Virus record (IMG/VR): IMGVR_UViG_3300028591_000185
Reading direction: 5' to 3' (one strand)
DNA length: 20,000 nt
DNA from: an uncultured virus (IMG/VR IMGVR_UViG_3300028591_000185)
Lineage: Duplodnaviria; Heunggongvirae; Uroviricota; Caudoviricetes
Both the position numbers and the translations under genes were made by a program. The notes below the pieces were generated by a model that saw nothing but the letters and a program-made list of their open reading frames with translations, was not told the DNA's origin and made no database searches. Below are positions 9,445 to 20,000 of the stretch, piece after piece (the first letter of the stretch is position 1; each line of letters starts with the position of its first letter).

Positions 9445-12400
9445 TTAATCACCATGGTACACAATTGTACCATTATAATAATGGTCTTTATTCTGCTCAT
9501 CTTTAAAGATGATAGTATTTGCATTAGCCCCATTATATACAGTAAATGTTTTTGGCATTGCTTGATATGAGTTAGTTAAGAAACCAAACATATCAGCTAC
9601 TGTAGATTTAATTTCATTAGAAGTGTCATATATATTATCATCACCTGCATAGTTGCTTGAATAGAAATCAATATCGCCATATTCTGCACTGTTATTACCA
9701 GCAAAATAATAAGCAACACGATTAGGTCTTGCTGAAGGAGCAGGCGTTGGTATCAGTAATTCTGATGGAACAGAAGGACTGCCAATTTGTAAACCAATCT
9801 TAAATGGACTACTAGACCAATCTTGATAAGCAAATGAAGTCCAGCCAAAAGTAATTACGCTACCAGGAATATGAATTACATTCAATGAAGCAGGACGATT
9901 ATTAGCACTAAACGCCTGATTGAAAGCATTATTTCTAATCATAATTAATACTGAATTATCATTACCAATTGATTCTACTAAACTTAAATTCTTAACATTA
10001 GTAAATGCATTAGTACCAATAATACGTAACTTAGGTAGACCTAAGAAGTCTACATATTTAAGATTAGTCATTGCTTTACAACAATCTGCCGCAATTTCAC
10101 GAATTTCATTATTAGCTTCAAAGAAAATATGAGTAATTTCTGTCTAACTATAAAAATCACTAATTGCTATAACAGGCTGATTATTCATGCTCTTTGGAAC
10201 AACAACTTTACCACTAATCATTTTTTCACTGGCAGGAATTAAGCGAATTGTTAAACCACTAGTATTATATAAGCTATCAGCTCCTGCAACATAATATGAA
10301 GAATTAGGATCGGAACTTTCACGATATTCAGTGGCATCATTTACAATTTCAAAATATGAACTATAATCTACATCATAAATGCTTGCTTCTTCGAATACAG
10401 CATAAAACTCACGGTCGCGTTGAGACTTGCCTACATTATTATGTGTCCAAGCTTCGGCAGTACCGCCTTGTCTAAATGCCCAACCAGTCCAATGATAAGT
10501 TTGTGTTAATGGTAAATTAGATTCGTTTTTACTTGGAACTACATTTACTGCATAATCTGTAATAAATGACTCAGCGGGAACATATACAACTGCTACAACA
10601 TCATTATTACCGTCATAATAAGTCATCTTATACTTATGTACATAATACACAGCATAAAATACATAATCATTTTGACCAGCAGTAGGAGTTTGAGAAGCCC
10701 AATTATTATACTGTTGATCGGCAGCAATAATATTTGTATTTGAAGTAGTTTTAATTAAATGTCCTTTAGATTCTAAATACCATTCTTCATCGTCAAATGC
10801 ACTTACAGCTGCAGGACTTAAAGCTTCAGTACTCCAGCCATAGAAGTCATATTGAGAACGAGTATCATAATTATCTAATAATGTTTGTGAAATTAATGTT
10901 GAAGGATCTGGGAAGAAATCATCATTCTCACCTAAACTACGTCTTGCTAATAAATCATATGTTCCATCATCATTTAAAATAACATATTTAGCACTAGGTA
11001 CTTTATTTACGTTTCTAAAGAAGAATTTTACATCTGGATAAGCAAAACTCAAATTAGTTTCAATATCCTTTTCATTAACTGCAACAGCATTATCTACAAA
11101 AATAGTACCAGTAATAATAGGAATTGCATTATCTTCTGATGCTGTGCTAAAGAACTTATCATTTGTCTTTAAGTTTTCTAACAATGTAGTATCAGAAATT
11201 GTAGAAGACTACAATGCCATTGTTGTATCTAACTTATATAATTCTTCATTTTGAATTGCTAAATTCCAACTCTCTGCTGAATAATTAGTATAAGGGATAA
11301 ATGAATAGTGGCCATCATCTAACCAATATAAATTATTATTAGCATCTTCGGCACTATATTCGGCACCTTTTGTTAATTTCTTATAAGGACTCCAATCTAC
11401 ACCAGTAATAGTAATGTAAGAAGCACTTGCGCCACTTCTGGCAGCATAATAGTTTTCTAATAATTTATAACTATCATATCCAAGATAATCACCTATTAAA
11501 TTAATAGTTGAAATTTCGGATGTAGCATCTTGAGGAGTAACTGCATCTGTTAAACCTGGGATATATAAGCCTTCTTTTACATCGACTCCGCGTGTATCAT
11601 CTCTTACCCTAAATTCAGTTACGATATTCTTTAACTATGTAGCCTCAGTTAAATTCAATGCACGAATTGAAGCAGGTAAGTATAAAGTTCTTAATGCAAC
11701 GCCATCAGCGAATGTAACGTTTGTAATATTAGAACCAATAGCACGGAAATCAGATAATTTTTCACAACTGCTAAAATTAAATGTAGGTGCGGCATCATTA
11801 AATGTGATATAAGATAAATTAGCCTTCTTTAAAAGTGGCATACCACCTTTATCACTAGCAGAATTACTTGCACGCAAACTGTACATATTAACATTATTAT
11901 GATGATAATGACACTCATCTTCATTAGTTAAATCATAGTTTTCATCTACACCATCGTATCCTAATAACAAATCAGTCATCTTCGCTGCGTTTGTTTGGAA
12001 TTCAAGCTCAGTCCAATATAATTTACTCATATCACCCAAGCTCTTCATCTGGTCAATACCATAAATATAGAACAATTGCTCAGCATATCCACCACTTGAA
12101 CGAATACCATTTTCAAGGTCAGTAGCAATAAAATGTACAGGACCATTCAAATTAGTATATTTTTGTGATGGGAAGTTAGCAGCATCAGTACCAACAGTAA
12201 CATAAGAGTTACGTACTGGTTCCATATCAACCCAATATTCACCATCAAACATATGGGTTTTAATTGTTTCTGCGGCATCCTGCCAATAAGGTTCATTGGT
12301 AATTAGGTTTGCCTCAGTATTTTTATTTGTACCTTCAATCCACTTATCTGATTGCACAGAAGGTTTATTAGCAGAAATACGACCACGAATGACGTTATTT

Positions 12401-15400
12401 CCACCACGCTCATATTGTCCTTGATTTAACCAAGAATCAATATAATTTAAACGATTAATTAAGAACTGTTGACGTGATAAGCTTCTATTACCTTGTAACA
12501 TATAGAAATAAGTACCATTATCATAACTAGTTGTGCCATAGCGGTCTTGATAACCACCACCGGTTCTAGTGTTAGTAATAGTAATATATTTGTAATATTC
12601 ATCTAAGTTCAAAGCAATTAATGGACGCTCACCGCGCATAGCTAAGCTCTTGCACTCAACTGGGTCTGCTAAGTACCATTTTTCAATACGGTCAATAGAC
12701 TGTAATGGAGGAGTTGATAATGCATCATAAGTTGATGATGTACCTCTTAACTGTCTATATTTCTGAATAATAGCACCTTTAAAGTTACGATACAAGTTAT
12801 TATATAATACACTATCATTGGTAGAGAATGTACCATCTTCAGTAGCATCTACATAATATTCAAATGATGGAATACCAGTATTATTAATACCTAACTGTGT
12901 ATCAATATCATAGAAAATTGGATACCAGATATATTCACCACCTGCGGTTTGAGGACCCCAAGATGCCATCATCATATTCTTTCCACGAGAATCGTAACAT
13001 TCAAACACTTCTGTCATTACAAAATATGTTACCAAATACTCTAAATTAAAATGCTTTGTTAAGTCATTTACAAACTTAGCATTACGATATTCTTTGGTAT
13101 CATAATTATAAGTAATACCATTATATACAACAGGCTCTGCTAATTGAGTAGCACCACTATGCTCTTCATCTTTATCTAAGTAATAATATTCAATATCAGC
13201 ATTAAATGTGCCATCAGGGTCTAAGACATAGTCGCCTAAACCAGAATCTACATAGAATTTATTTGCCGCATATAATAAATCACTAGAAGCACAAAGCTTA
13301 ATTACGGTTGTACCTGTGCTGTTGGAATAATATGTTTTTTCAGCATCATACTCATTGGAGCTATCTAAAACATATGTTAATTCATTACCAGAAGTATCTG
13401 CAATATAATATGTATTTGCAGCATAAACTGCAGTACCTACATCAGCTAAACGATAAACACCAGCAGAAGGTACGCTATCTTGGTCAGTGCTCCATACCCA
13501 CCGAACTGCCTTTTCCCAATTCTTATAAATATTTAACATAGCTGCTCCGGCATCTACCATACCTTGAGTATATATGCCATTATATTTATCATCGGGTGAA
13601 GTTGCAGCATTTGGATTTGAAATATCTACGCCACATTCATCAAGTACAGTTGCAATTGAATCTTCATCATTAAGCTTTTCATTTAACTCATAGAGAATAT
13701 CTAATGAATCAGCTTTATCATGATAACGATACTCCCAATAGTCAGCAACTACTGGAGCACCTTTAGCTGTTAACTTATCTGTTTCAAAGAATCTATCATC
13801 ATCAGCTGCTCTATTAGTGGCTGCATCACGGAATGAACAGAAACCACGTGAGTTGTTTTCGCCTTCCCAGCACTCAGCAACTTTGCTAATTTTAGTAGGC
13901 GCACCCTTCTTTGTAATGAATTTTTGATATACATTGTCCATCTTGAAACCATAAGCTTCATCTGAACCTTTGTCTAATAACATATTATAACGACCAATAT
14001 AAACAGGAGCACCGATTGGAGCACCAGTTTCATCAGTCTTCTAATGGAATGTTAATACAGGAAAACCTTGTACAGATGTACGTAAATCATTAAGTTTAAT
14101 ATCTGATAATCCAATATCATTATATACTGTGACAGCTTCATACCAGTTATTATCATTAGCATTTACTTTACTCTGCCCAATAGAAGTACCATATGCATAA
14201 GGACCCATTGCAAAACATGCCGCTGGATCTGCCTCATCATGAATAGTTTTTAATTCATCATCGGTAGTATTCTTAAAGTTACCTTTATGATTTTTATACC
14301 AATATGTTTTATTATTATCATAAGTTGCACTACTTAAATCAATTACGCTATAATCGGTACTTGCAGATTGGAAAGCTCCTGCTTTAATGTAATCATAATA
14401 TGGATGATGTGAATAAGCGTTCTTTACTAAGTTAGCAAAGCCCATATTATAAGTACCAGAAGATTCCATGTAATCAATCTTTAAGGTAAATTTAGTAGTA
14501 CCTACTGTATCATTATCCATATAGAACCAGTCTAAATGTGTTGAAGGTTTATCTTCAACATATTGTTGAGCAAATGGTCCACGGTTCATATACATTTGTA
14601 CTTTTTTAGTTTTAGTCTCATCTGCTGGATCAAAATTCTTAGTTTTGGCTTTATAGTTTCTACGAGGATAGAACTCAGAAGAAGTACCTTGAATCTTTAA
14701 TTCAATATGTTCACCTTTCCAAGATGGACAATGGTGCATATAATATTCTTCTACAGTTTGACCTGCACGCTCAGCTAATTCATTTAATTCACCAGTTACA
14801 TAAGCTCTATCCAAACCAGTATTTACAAACTCCATTTGGACATCTGTAATTGGAATTTGTTTACTATATGGTAATACATTGCCTTGTGTTGGATTTGTAG
14901 TTAAAATCAAGTAAGGCATAATATATCCATCAGGATGCTCATTATTGTAATTTACCATATTTTCATATACAAATTGAGACTCATTTAAGCTATTGTTTAA
15001 TACGGCCAATTGACTTAAATCATAACCTACTGGATCTTTTAAGTCTACCATATAGTTAGTAACAATACTTGATAATGTTAATCCCTGATTATATATACGA
15101 ATCTTATATAAATCAAAATCGCAATATTGTGAATCAAAAACGATATTTAACGCATTAGATTCACCAATATTCCAAGAGCCATTTAATGTTGAAGTAGCAA
15201 CACCTGTTAACATACCATTTAAATAAATGGACATTAACTTATTTGTATCTGTATATACAACAGTTAAATTAATTAACTTATCTTCTACATATGCAACGTT
15301 AACTGTATCAACACCATTAGTAAATAAAGCATCTTGCGCACCAATGCAAATACCATGAATACCATCATAATACTTACCAGAAGCATAGTTAGTATTTAAA

Positions 15401-17412
15401 ATCTTTTCTACTTTTCTGAACTCTAAGTCATCATATGAAGGAGGGAATATTTGTTGATTTGGATCTAAGAGTTCAGGATTATGTGCTGCATATTCTGGTA
15501 AATACCATTGTAAGAAAGCATCATAGTTATCATAGGTACGTCCATTACTCCACTCTAAATAAGTGCGGTCCATATATGCTTGATATACACTTGGATCACC
15601 ATTATAACTAAAATCATCAGTCCAGTTACCAAATGTTCTACCATGGCTAGCTTCTGTATTAGCACGATAACGAGTTACATTATGAATAATTTGACTATAA
15701 TCTTGTACATTACGAACTTTAAACTAAAATTCAAATGTATGAGATTGATTGCTTGCGTTAGTAGTAGCAAATTTAGTTTGTCCAAGAGGAATAGTAAATT
15801 TAGCGCCATTACTAATTCTTAAGCAACTATTACCATCACTATCAATTACCCAGCCATTATTATACCAGTTAAAGTTTTCAAGTTGTGCATCAATAACAGT
15901 ATCACCATTGTTATATGCACACTTAATACGGCTGGCCGCAGCTTCACTATTACTACGTCCACTTGCATTAAATACATAACGTAAACCAGCTTCAGTAATT
16001 TTCATGCCAGTACGATTTGGGTCTTCTGAAACTAAGAAGCTAATTTCTTTACGCACTTCATTTTCTTCTGAACCACAAGCAATTGTATAATAGTTTTGAT
16101 AGTTTAAGTCTGCATCAACAATTTCCCAAATAGAGAAATTATCATTATCAGTAATAATTCTTGTACCAGTTTTTACACCATCTTTAAATAATGTAATTGT
16201 TGCACCTAAAGTAGCATTAGGGTCATAGACACGGAATGGGATTTTAATAGAATCGTACTGATAATATTCTTCATTATACTTGCCTAACCAAATAATTGGT
16301 AAATCACTATTAGGATCTACAACAGCAATTTCCATTTCAATTGGAGTAGCAGAAGATGTAAAATCAGTTTTACCATTAATATATTGATATAATTCAATAC
16401 GTACTTTATGTGCCCCATGTGTTGCTAATACTTCAGGAACATGATAACTTTGCTCATTAGTTCCTGCAGGAACTACTGTACCACCTGGATTTAATAACTC
16501 CATAATACCATTAGAATCTTCAAAATAATAATAAATAATTTTTTGTAAATTACCAATAGTACTACAATAAATAGTTACTCCACTTGGTGTATAAGTGTTT
16601 ACATTATTAAAGTTTGTATGCGCTAATAGCTGTAAATCTGAAGTAAAGAATGTATATGTAATTTCTCGACTATCAGTACTTGCGCTACCTTTTACATACA
16701 TTGTTAATAAGTTCTCTGTGGAATGACGAGCTTTAGTACCATATTCAAAGGCTTCCCAAATAGGAGCTTCTTCAGTTGAAGCATCAATAGGGAAATTTCC
16801 CTAAGCATATACAGTATATAAACCAGTATCTTCTTTTTCTGCTAAAGTCCAGTAAACAGTTAATTTTTGGTCTAATATAGAACCATCATAATCTTTACCA
16901 GAAATTGCAAAAATATTAATAGATGCTTCTTTACCATTAATTAAATAATTAGATTCAGGATCTTGCTTATTTAATTTAGCTCTATCAGAATAAGTGATGA
17001 TTGTACCACCACCGCCACCACCAGAGCCACTTACTGCTAATAAAATGGCTTGTATAGTTTTAGCATTATTATCCACTTCTGTTATTCTAAAAAATCTGCC
17101 ATCGGAATTTAGAATAAGAGTATCAGGATGAGGTACTACACTAGAATCATCTAAAATAGAAAATGACATAGAGTATAAAAAGCTATGCTCATTATCTGGT
17201 TCAACTTTAATTATAGTTGCATCTGTACCATGACCATATACAATACCAGTTGAGTTTCCGCCCATTAAATATCTACGTTCATTTTTATCTAAATAGATAT
17301 TACCAGTGTCATAAGCAAAATATACAAATCCTTCATGAGGGGTTTTATACTATTGGAAAATATCTGCCTATTTACCTCTAATTGGCTAAAATTTAAATTG
17401 ATTTTCTGCCAT
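9445..17412 (-). CDS. Giant 2655-aa multidomain virion-associated protein (LamG/lectin-like, CotH-kinase-like, LRR-like, Listeria-Bacteroides/B-repeat-like, BspA-type LRR); 9 in-frame TAG
   Basis: GAAAGGAG RBS, ATG at 17412. Six track ORFs share one frame. I read all the linkers and found only TAG (17386, 17368, 17350, 16801, 15724, 14041, 11635, 11209, 10144), with no TAA/TGA until 9445. Motifs: IYLNG...DLYKIRIYNQGL; IQGTSSEFYPRRNYK; YIGRYNMLLDK; DSRGKN; WYPIFYDIDTQLG; YDFYGW/YHWTGW...FYAV; IGTNAF/IRNNAF/IPGSV. Confidence 0.85.
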
Positions 17413-17446
17413 ATATTTGCTCCTTTCTCCGTAATATAAAAATAAA

Positions 17447-17477
17447 ATGGGGTAAGGAACCTATGTCCTTACCCCAT
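17447..17477 (-). terminator. Intrinsic terminator-like hairpin in the leader of the giant gene
   Basis: ATGGGGTAAGGA-N7-TCCTTACCCCAT, a perfect 12-bp stem followed on the - strand by TTTATTTTT. Confidence 0.75.
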
Positions 17478-17490
17478 AAATATTCCTTCG

Positions 17491-17536
17491 ATAGAATATA
17501 AAAAGTCAGTTAAATAATTTATACTGATTCGTCCAA
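17491..17536 (-). promoter_or_regulatory. Candidate phage promoter motif TTGGRC-N26-TTTTTAYATTSTAT, copy 2
   Basis: - strand TTGGAC-N26-TTTTTATATTCTAT, the same layout as 6370-6415; intergenic, upstream of the giant gene. Confidence 0.5.
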
Positions 17537-17539
17537 TTA

Positions 17540-19816
17540 TTAGAAAGTCCCCCAAACAATCTCAGCTTGAATTGTATCAGTGGTACTGGTTGGTTGAGTC
17601 AGTGTTAATGATTCAGATTGTAACTTAATTGTAGAAGTAGAAGCATTAGAACTGGCAGAATCAGTATCGCTCATATTGAGTGTTACTGTTGCTGTAGTTA
17701 CTCCACTTGCTGTTGCAACACCAACAGTAGTTGGACGTAACTGGAAGTAAGTATCCTCATCTGCTGGTAAAGTAATACTTTGCTCAGAAATCTCAGTTAC
17801 ATGGCCTTGTGCATTAACTTTAATATTTGGAACCTTAATAGTGCCACCTGCGGCAGGTGTTATACTGGCAGAAGTACCATAAGTAGTACCAGCTGTACCA
17901 GAACTTAATAAATCACTATGTGAAATGGCTAAACGGTTACTATTATCTTTATCAACAGCAATAGAAGTACCATCACCCACTACTATTGCAGTAGAGCTAC
18001 TATTACCACCAATTTCAGATAATTTAATTGATACAACACCACTGGTTTTATCTACACCGATTTCATAAGTTGTATCATCAGAATCGGGTAATGTGATTGA
18101 AGTTTCACTTAATGCAGTTACGTGACCACGGTCATTAACTGTAATTTGAGGGATCTTAAATGATTGACCATAACCAGGTGTAGTATTACTATTACTACCT
18201 TGAGCAGTTGATGGTAAACCACTAATAGTATCATGATTTAAAGTAATGGTTGAACCATTGACACCAGCTGTAATATCTGTTCCACCAACAATAACAGCTA
18301 CGGTTTCACTGCCATTACCAGGATCTGGTACAGCAGAAATAGTAGCAGCATGTGTTGTAGCATTTTCACTTACAGTAAATGTATACTGTGTATCTGTATC
18401 ATCACCAGCTGGAACAAGTGTCCAGGTTAAATCACTAGTAATAACATTATTAGTTTCTGTTCCAGAAGCAATGAATAAGTCACCAGCATCAGCTTCTTGA
18501 TTTGCATATGTGCCAGCAGCTTTTACCATATAGGTATCGCCGACTTTAACATCAGAGCTTGGTAAGGAAGCAACTGTACCACCAGTACCAACGGTGCCCT
18601 TATAAGTCATTGCATTTAAGCCAGCAATTAATTCATCAACCTTACTTGCAGAATAGAAAGTACCTAAATCTTGTTGATTATACTTAGTTTGAGCGGTACC
18701 ATCAACTGTTAATGTATGATACAATACTCCAGAAGCAGTTTTACTAGATGTGCCATTATTATTATCTTTAATAGTAAAGCTTAAATCACCACTATTATTT
18801 GCACTAATTGCATCTGCTGTATAAGTAGTATCTAATACTGTAATATCTTTTGTAGCAACTGCGGTTACATGGCCTTGGTCATTAGAAGTAACAGAATCTA
18901 CTACAGTAAATGTAGCAGTATTGCCAGACATAGATTCTGCAGTAGCAGTAGTATCAGTACGTGTTACATTAGCATGTGAATACTCAATATTGCTGGCAGT
19001 TGCACCAGATACAGAAAGAGCAGTACCAGCAGTAAAGTTGATAGATGTAGAATCTGTCTGTGAACCATTTACTTTTTCTACGAATGTTAAACCAGCAGTT
19101 CCGGCAGGTGAAGATAATTCATATGTACTATCATCAGCACTGATTGTAATAGCGGAACCATTACCACCAGTAATATTAACATTAGTACCACCTGTAAGAG
19201 TTACACCAGTACCATTTGTTTTAGCCCCATTACCACTTGTGTTTACAGTAACACTATCATTTGCTGCAGCAGTAGAAGTTAAATCTACTTCAACATCAGT
19301 GGTAATACTAGCTAAATCATTTCCATTAATTACAAAAGTTGGTTGTAAAGCAGATAAAGGATCTTCACTATTATCAGCATTTACATGAGCTCTTGTTAAT
19401 GAAGCAGTATAAGTAATAGTATTATTAGTGCTATCAACTACTCCATTACTGATAGTAAAAGTTTTAATAGTATCATAACCACCATCAGTATCTGGATTTA
19501 CTTGTACCCATTTTTTAGTAGCACCATCTTGCACTACAACGGCTAAGATGTTACCATTATGAGTATTATCAGCACTACCACTACCAGCTCCTTCTACATA
19601 ATAGAACTGACCAACTTCAACAGTATTAATAGCTGGTAATGCATCAATACTAGCAACAGTAGTAATAGATTTATTTAACTCGACTAAGTCATTTCCTTGA
19701 CCGACATACAATCTATGAGTATCATCGGTTAAATAAAACGCACCATCAATAACCGCACTAGTACCAGTTGCTGGCAGATTCGCATGGTGGCCACGCTTAA
19801 ATAAAACATTTGCCAT
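17540..19816 (-). CDS. Tail fibre-like Thr/Ser/Gly-rich structural protein, 758 aa; no TAG
   Basis: GGAGG RBS. N-terminal FKRG...LP...DGAFYLTDDTHRLYVG, internal YKGTV...LP...GDTY motif, three H...GHVT repeats, ends EIVWGTF. Confidence 0.75.
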   Translation of the reverse strand: MANVLFKRGHHANLPATGTSAVIDGAFYLTDDTHRLYVGQGNDLVELNKSITTVASIDALPAINTVEVGQFYYVEGAGSGSADNTHNGNILAVVVQDGATKKWVQVNPDTDGGYDTIKTFTISNGVVDSTNNTITYTASLTRAHVNADNSEDPLSALQPTFVINGNDLASITTDVEVDLTSTAAANDSVTVNTSGNGAKTNGTGVTLTGGTNVNITGGNGSAITISADDSTYELSSPAGTAGLTFVEKVNGSQTDSTSINFTAGTALSVSGATASNIEYSHANVTRTDTTATAESMSGNTATFTVVDSVTSNDQGHVTAVATKDITVLDTTYTADAISANNSGDLSFTIKDNNNGTSSKTASGVLYHTLTVDGTAQTKYNQQDLGTFYSASKVDELIAGLNAMTYKGTVGTGGTVASLPSSDVKVGDTYMVKAAGTYANQEADAGDLFIASGTETNNVITSDLTWTLVPAGDDTDTQYTFTVSENATTHAATISAVPDPGNGSETVAVIVGGTDITAGVNGSTITLNHDTISGLPSTAQGSNSNTTPGYGQSFKIPQITVNDRGHVTALSETSITLPDSDDTTYEIGVDKTSGVVSIKLSEIGGNSSSTAIVVGDGTSIAVDKDNSNRLAISHSDLLSSGTAGTTYGTSASITPAAGGTIKVPNIKVNAQGHVTEISEQSITLPADEDTYFQLRPTTVGVATASGVTTATVTLNMSDTDSASSNASTSTIKLQSESLTLTQPTSTTDTIQAEIVWGTF
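17750..18980 (-). repeat. Three diverged protein-level repeats (H...[NS]x[QR]GHVT....IT) within the 758-aa protein; boundaries approximate
   Basis: SHANVT...VTSNDQGHVTAVATKDIT; NHDTIS...FKIPQITVNDRGHVTALSETSITLPDSDDT; SHSDLL...IKVPNIKVNAQGHVTEISEQSITLPADEDT. Confidence 0.8.
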
Positions 19817-19832
19817 ATATTATTTCCTCCAA

Positions 19833-20000
19833 TTATGAATTTTCAATAGGCTTCCAAATTAAACGATCTGCAAGTACATTAAGTTCATCTACAATAGTAC
19901 TATTTGCAGAACTACGATTAGTTAAATCAGATAGATTTCCAACTGTAGTTTTTAATACATAATTACTTGGATCAAAATCGCTAATACTAGAAACAGAAAT
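19833..20000 (-). CDS. C-terminal 55 aa of an upstream gene (partial), probably structural
   Basis: Open frame ISVSSISDFDPSNYVLKTTVGNLSDL...IVDELNVLADRLIWKPIENS with TAA at 19833-19835, abutting the RBS of the next gene. Confidence 0.7.
   Translation of the reverse strand: MSVSSISDFDPSNYVLKTTVGNLSDLTNRSSANSTIVDELNVLADRLIWKPIENS

Noticed and set aside
2..17412. Pyrrolysine insertion at TAG
   Set aside because: TAGs are numerous, occur in unrelated genes and fall at Gln-like positions; no pyl genes or methylamine methyltransferases are in the window.
5818..19388. Track ORFs 5818-6213, 6292-6480, 9920-10132, 10797-10982, 13308-13541, 15580-15822, 15749-15979, 18246-18500, 18921-19388 (+) and 7951-8160, 13770-13961 (-)
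   Set aside because: They overlap the long - strand genes or the terminator/promoter region and look like codon-bias shadows.
1..20000. Suppressor tRNA, release factor, CRISPR array, DGR repeats or IS element
   Set aside because: Intergenic gaps are short and explained by hairpins and RBSs. I saw no cloverleaf, spaced direct repeats, reverse transcriptase or transposase. The recoding machinery, if phage-encoded, lies outside this window.

Overview
AT-rich, densely coded DNA that looks like part of a large bacteriophage genome, probably infecting an anaerobic Firmicute (inferred from class III RNR and GGAG-type RBSs). The main feature is a reassigned stop codon. The supplied standard-code ORF track is fragmented because in-frame TAG is read as sense, most likely Gln (genetic code 15). 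With TAG=Gln I count 29 in-frame TAGs, the fragments fuse into full-length genes, and every reconstructed gene ends in TAA or TGA. Left part (+ strand, 1-5099): a tightly coupled nucleotide-metabolism operon containing nrdD, nrdG, two nucleoside-deoxyribosyltransferase-fold genes, a small hypothetical, an NCS2/UraA-like nucleobase permease and another hypothetical. A bidirectional terminator (5109-5150) separates it from a convergent - strand virion/tail module. That module contains a repeat-rich 758-aa fibre-like protein, a hidden 2655-aa multidomain protein (lectin-like, CotH-kinase-like, B-repeat-like, LRR), a 68-aa protein, two BppU-like paralogues and a 388-aa protein with a peptidase-G2-like autocleaving chaperone. 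No tRNA, release factor, CRISPR array or mobile element was recognised. Domain calls come from motif recognition by eye, not database searches.
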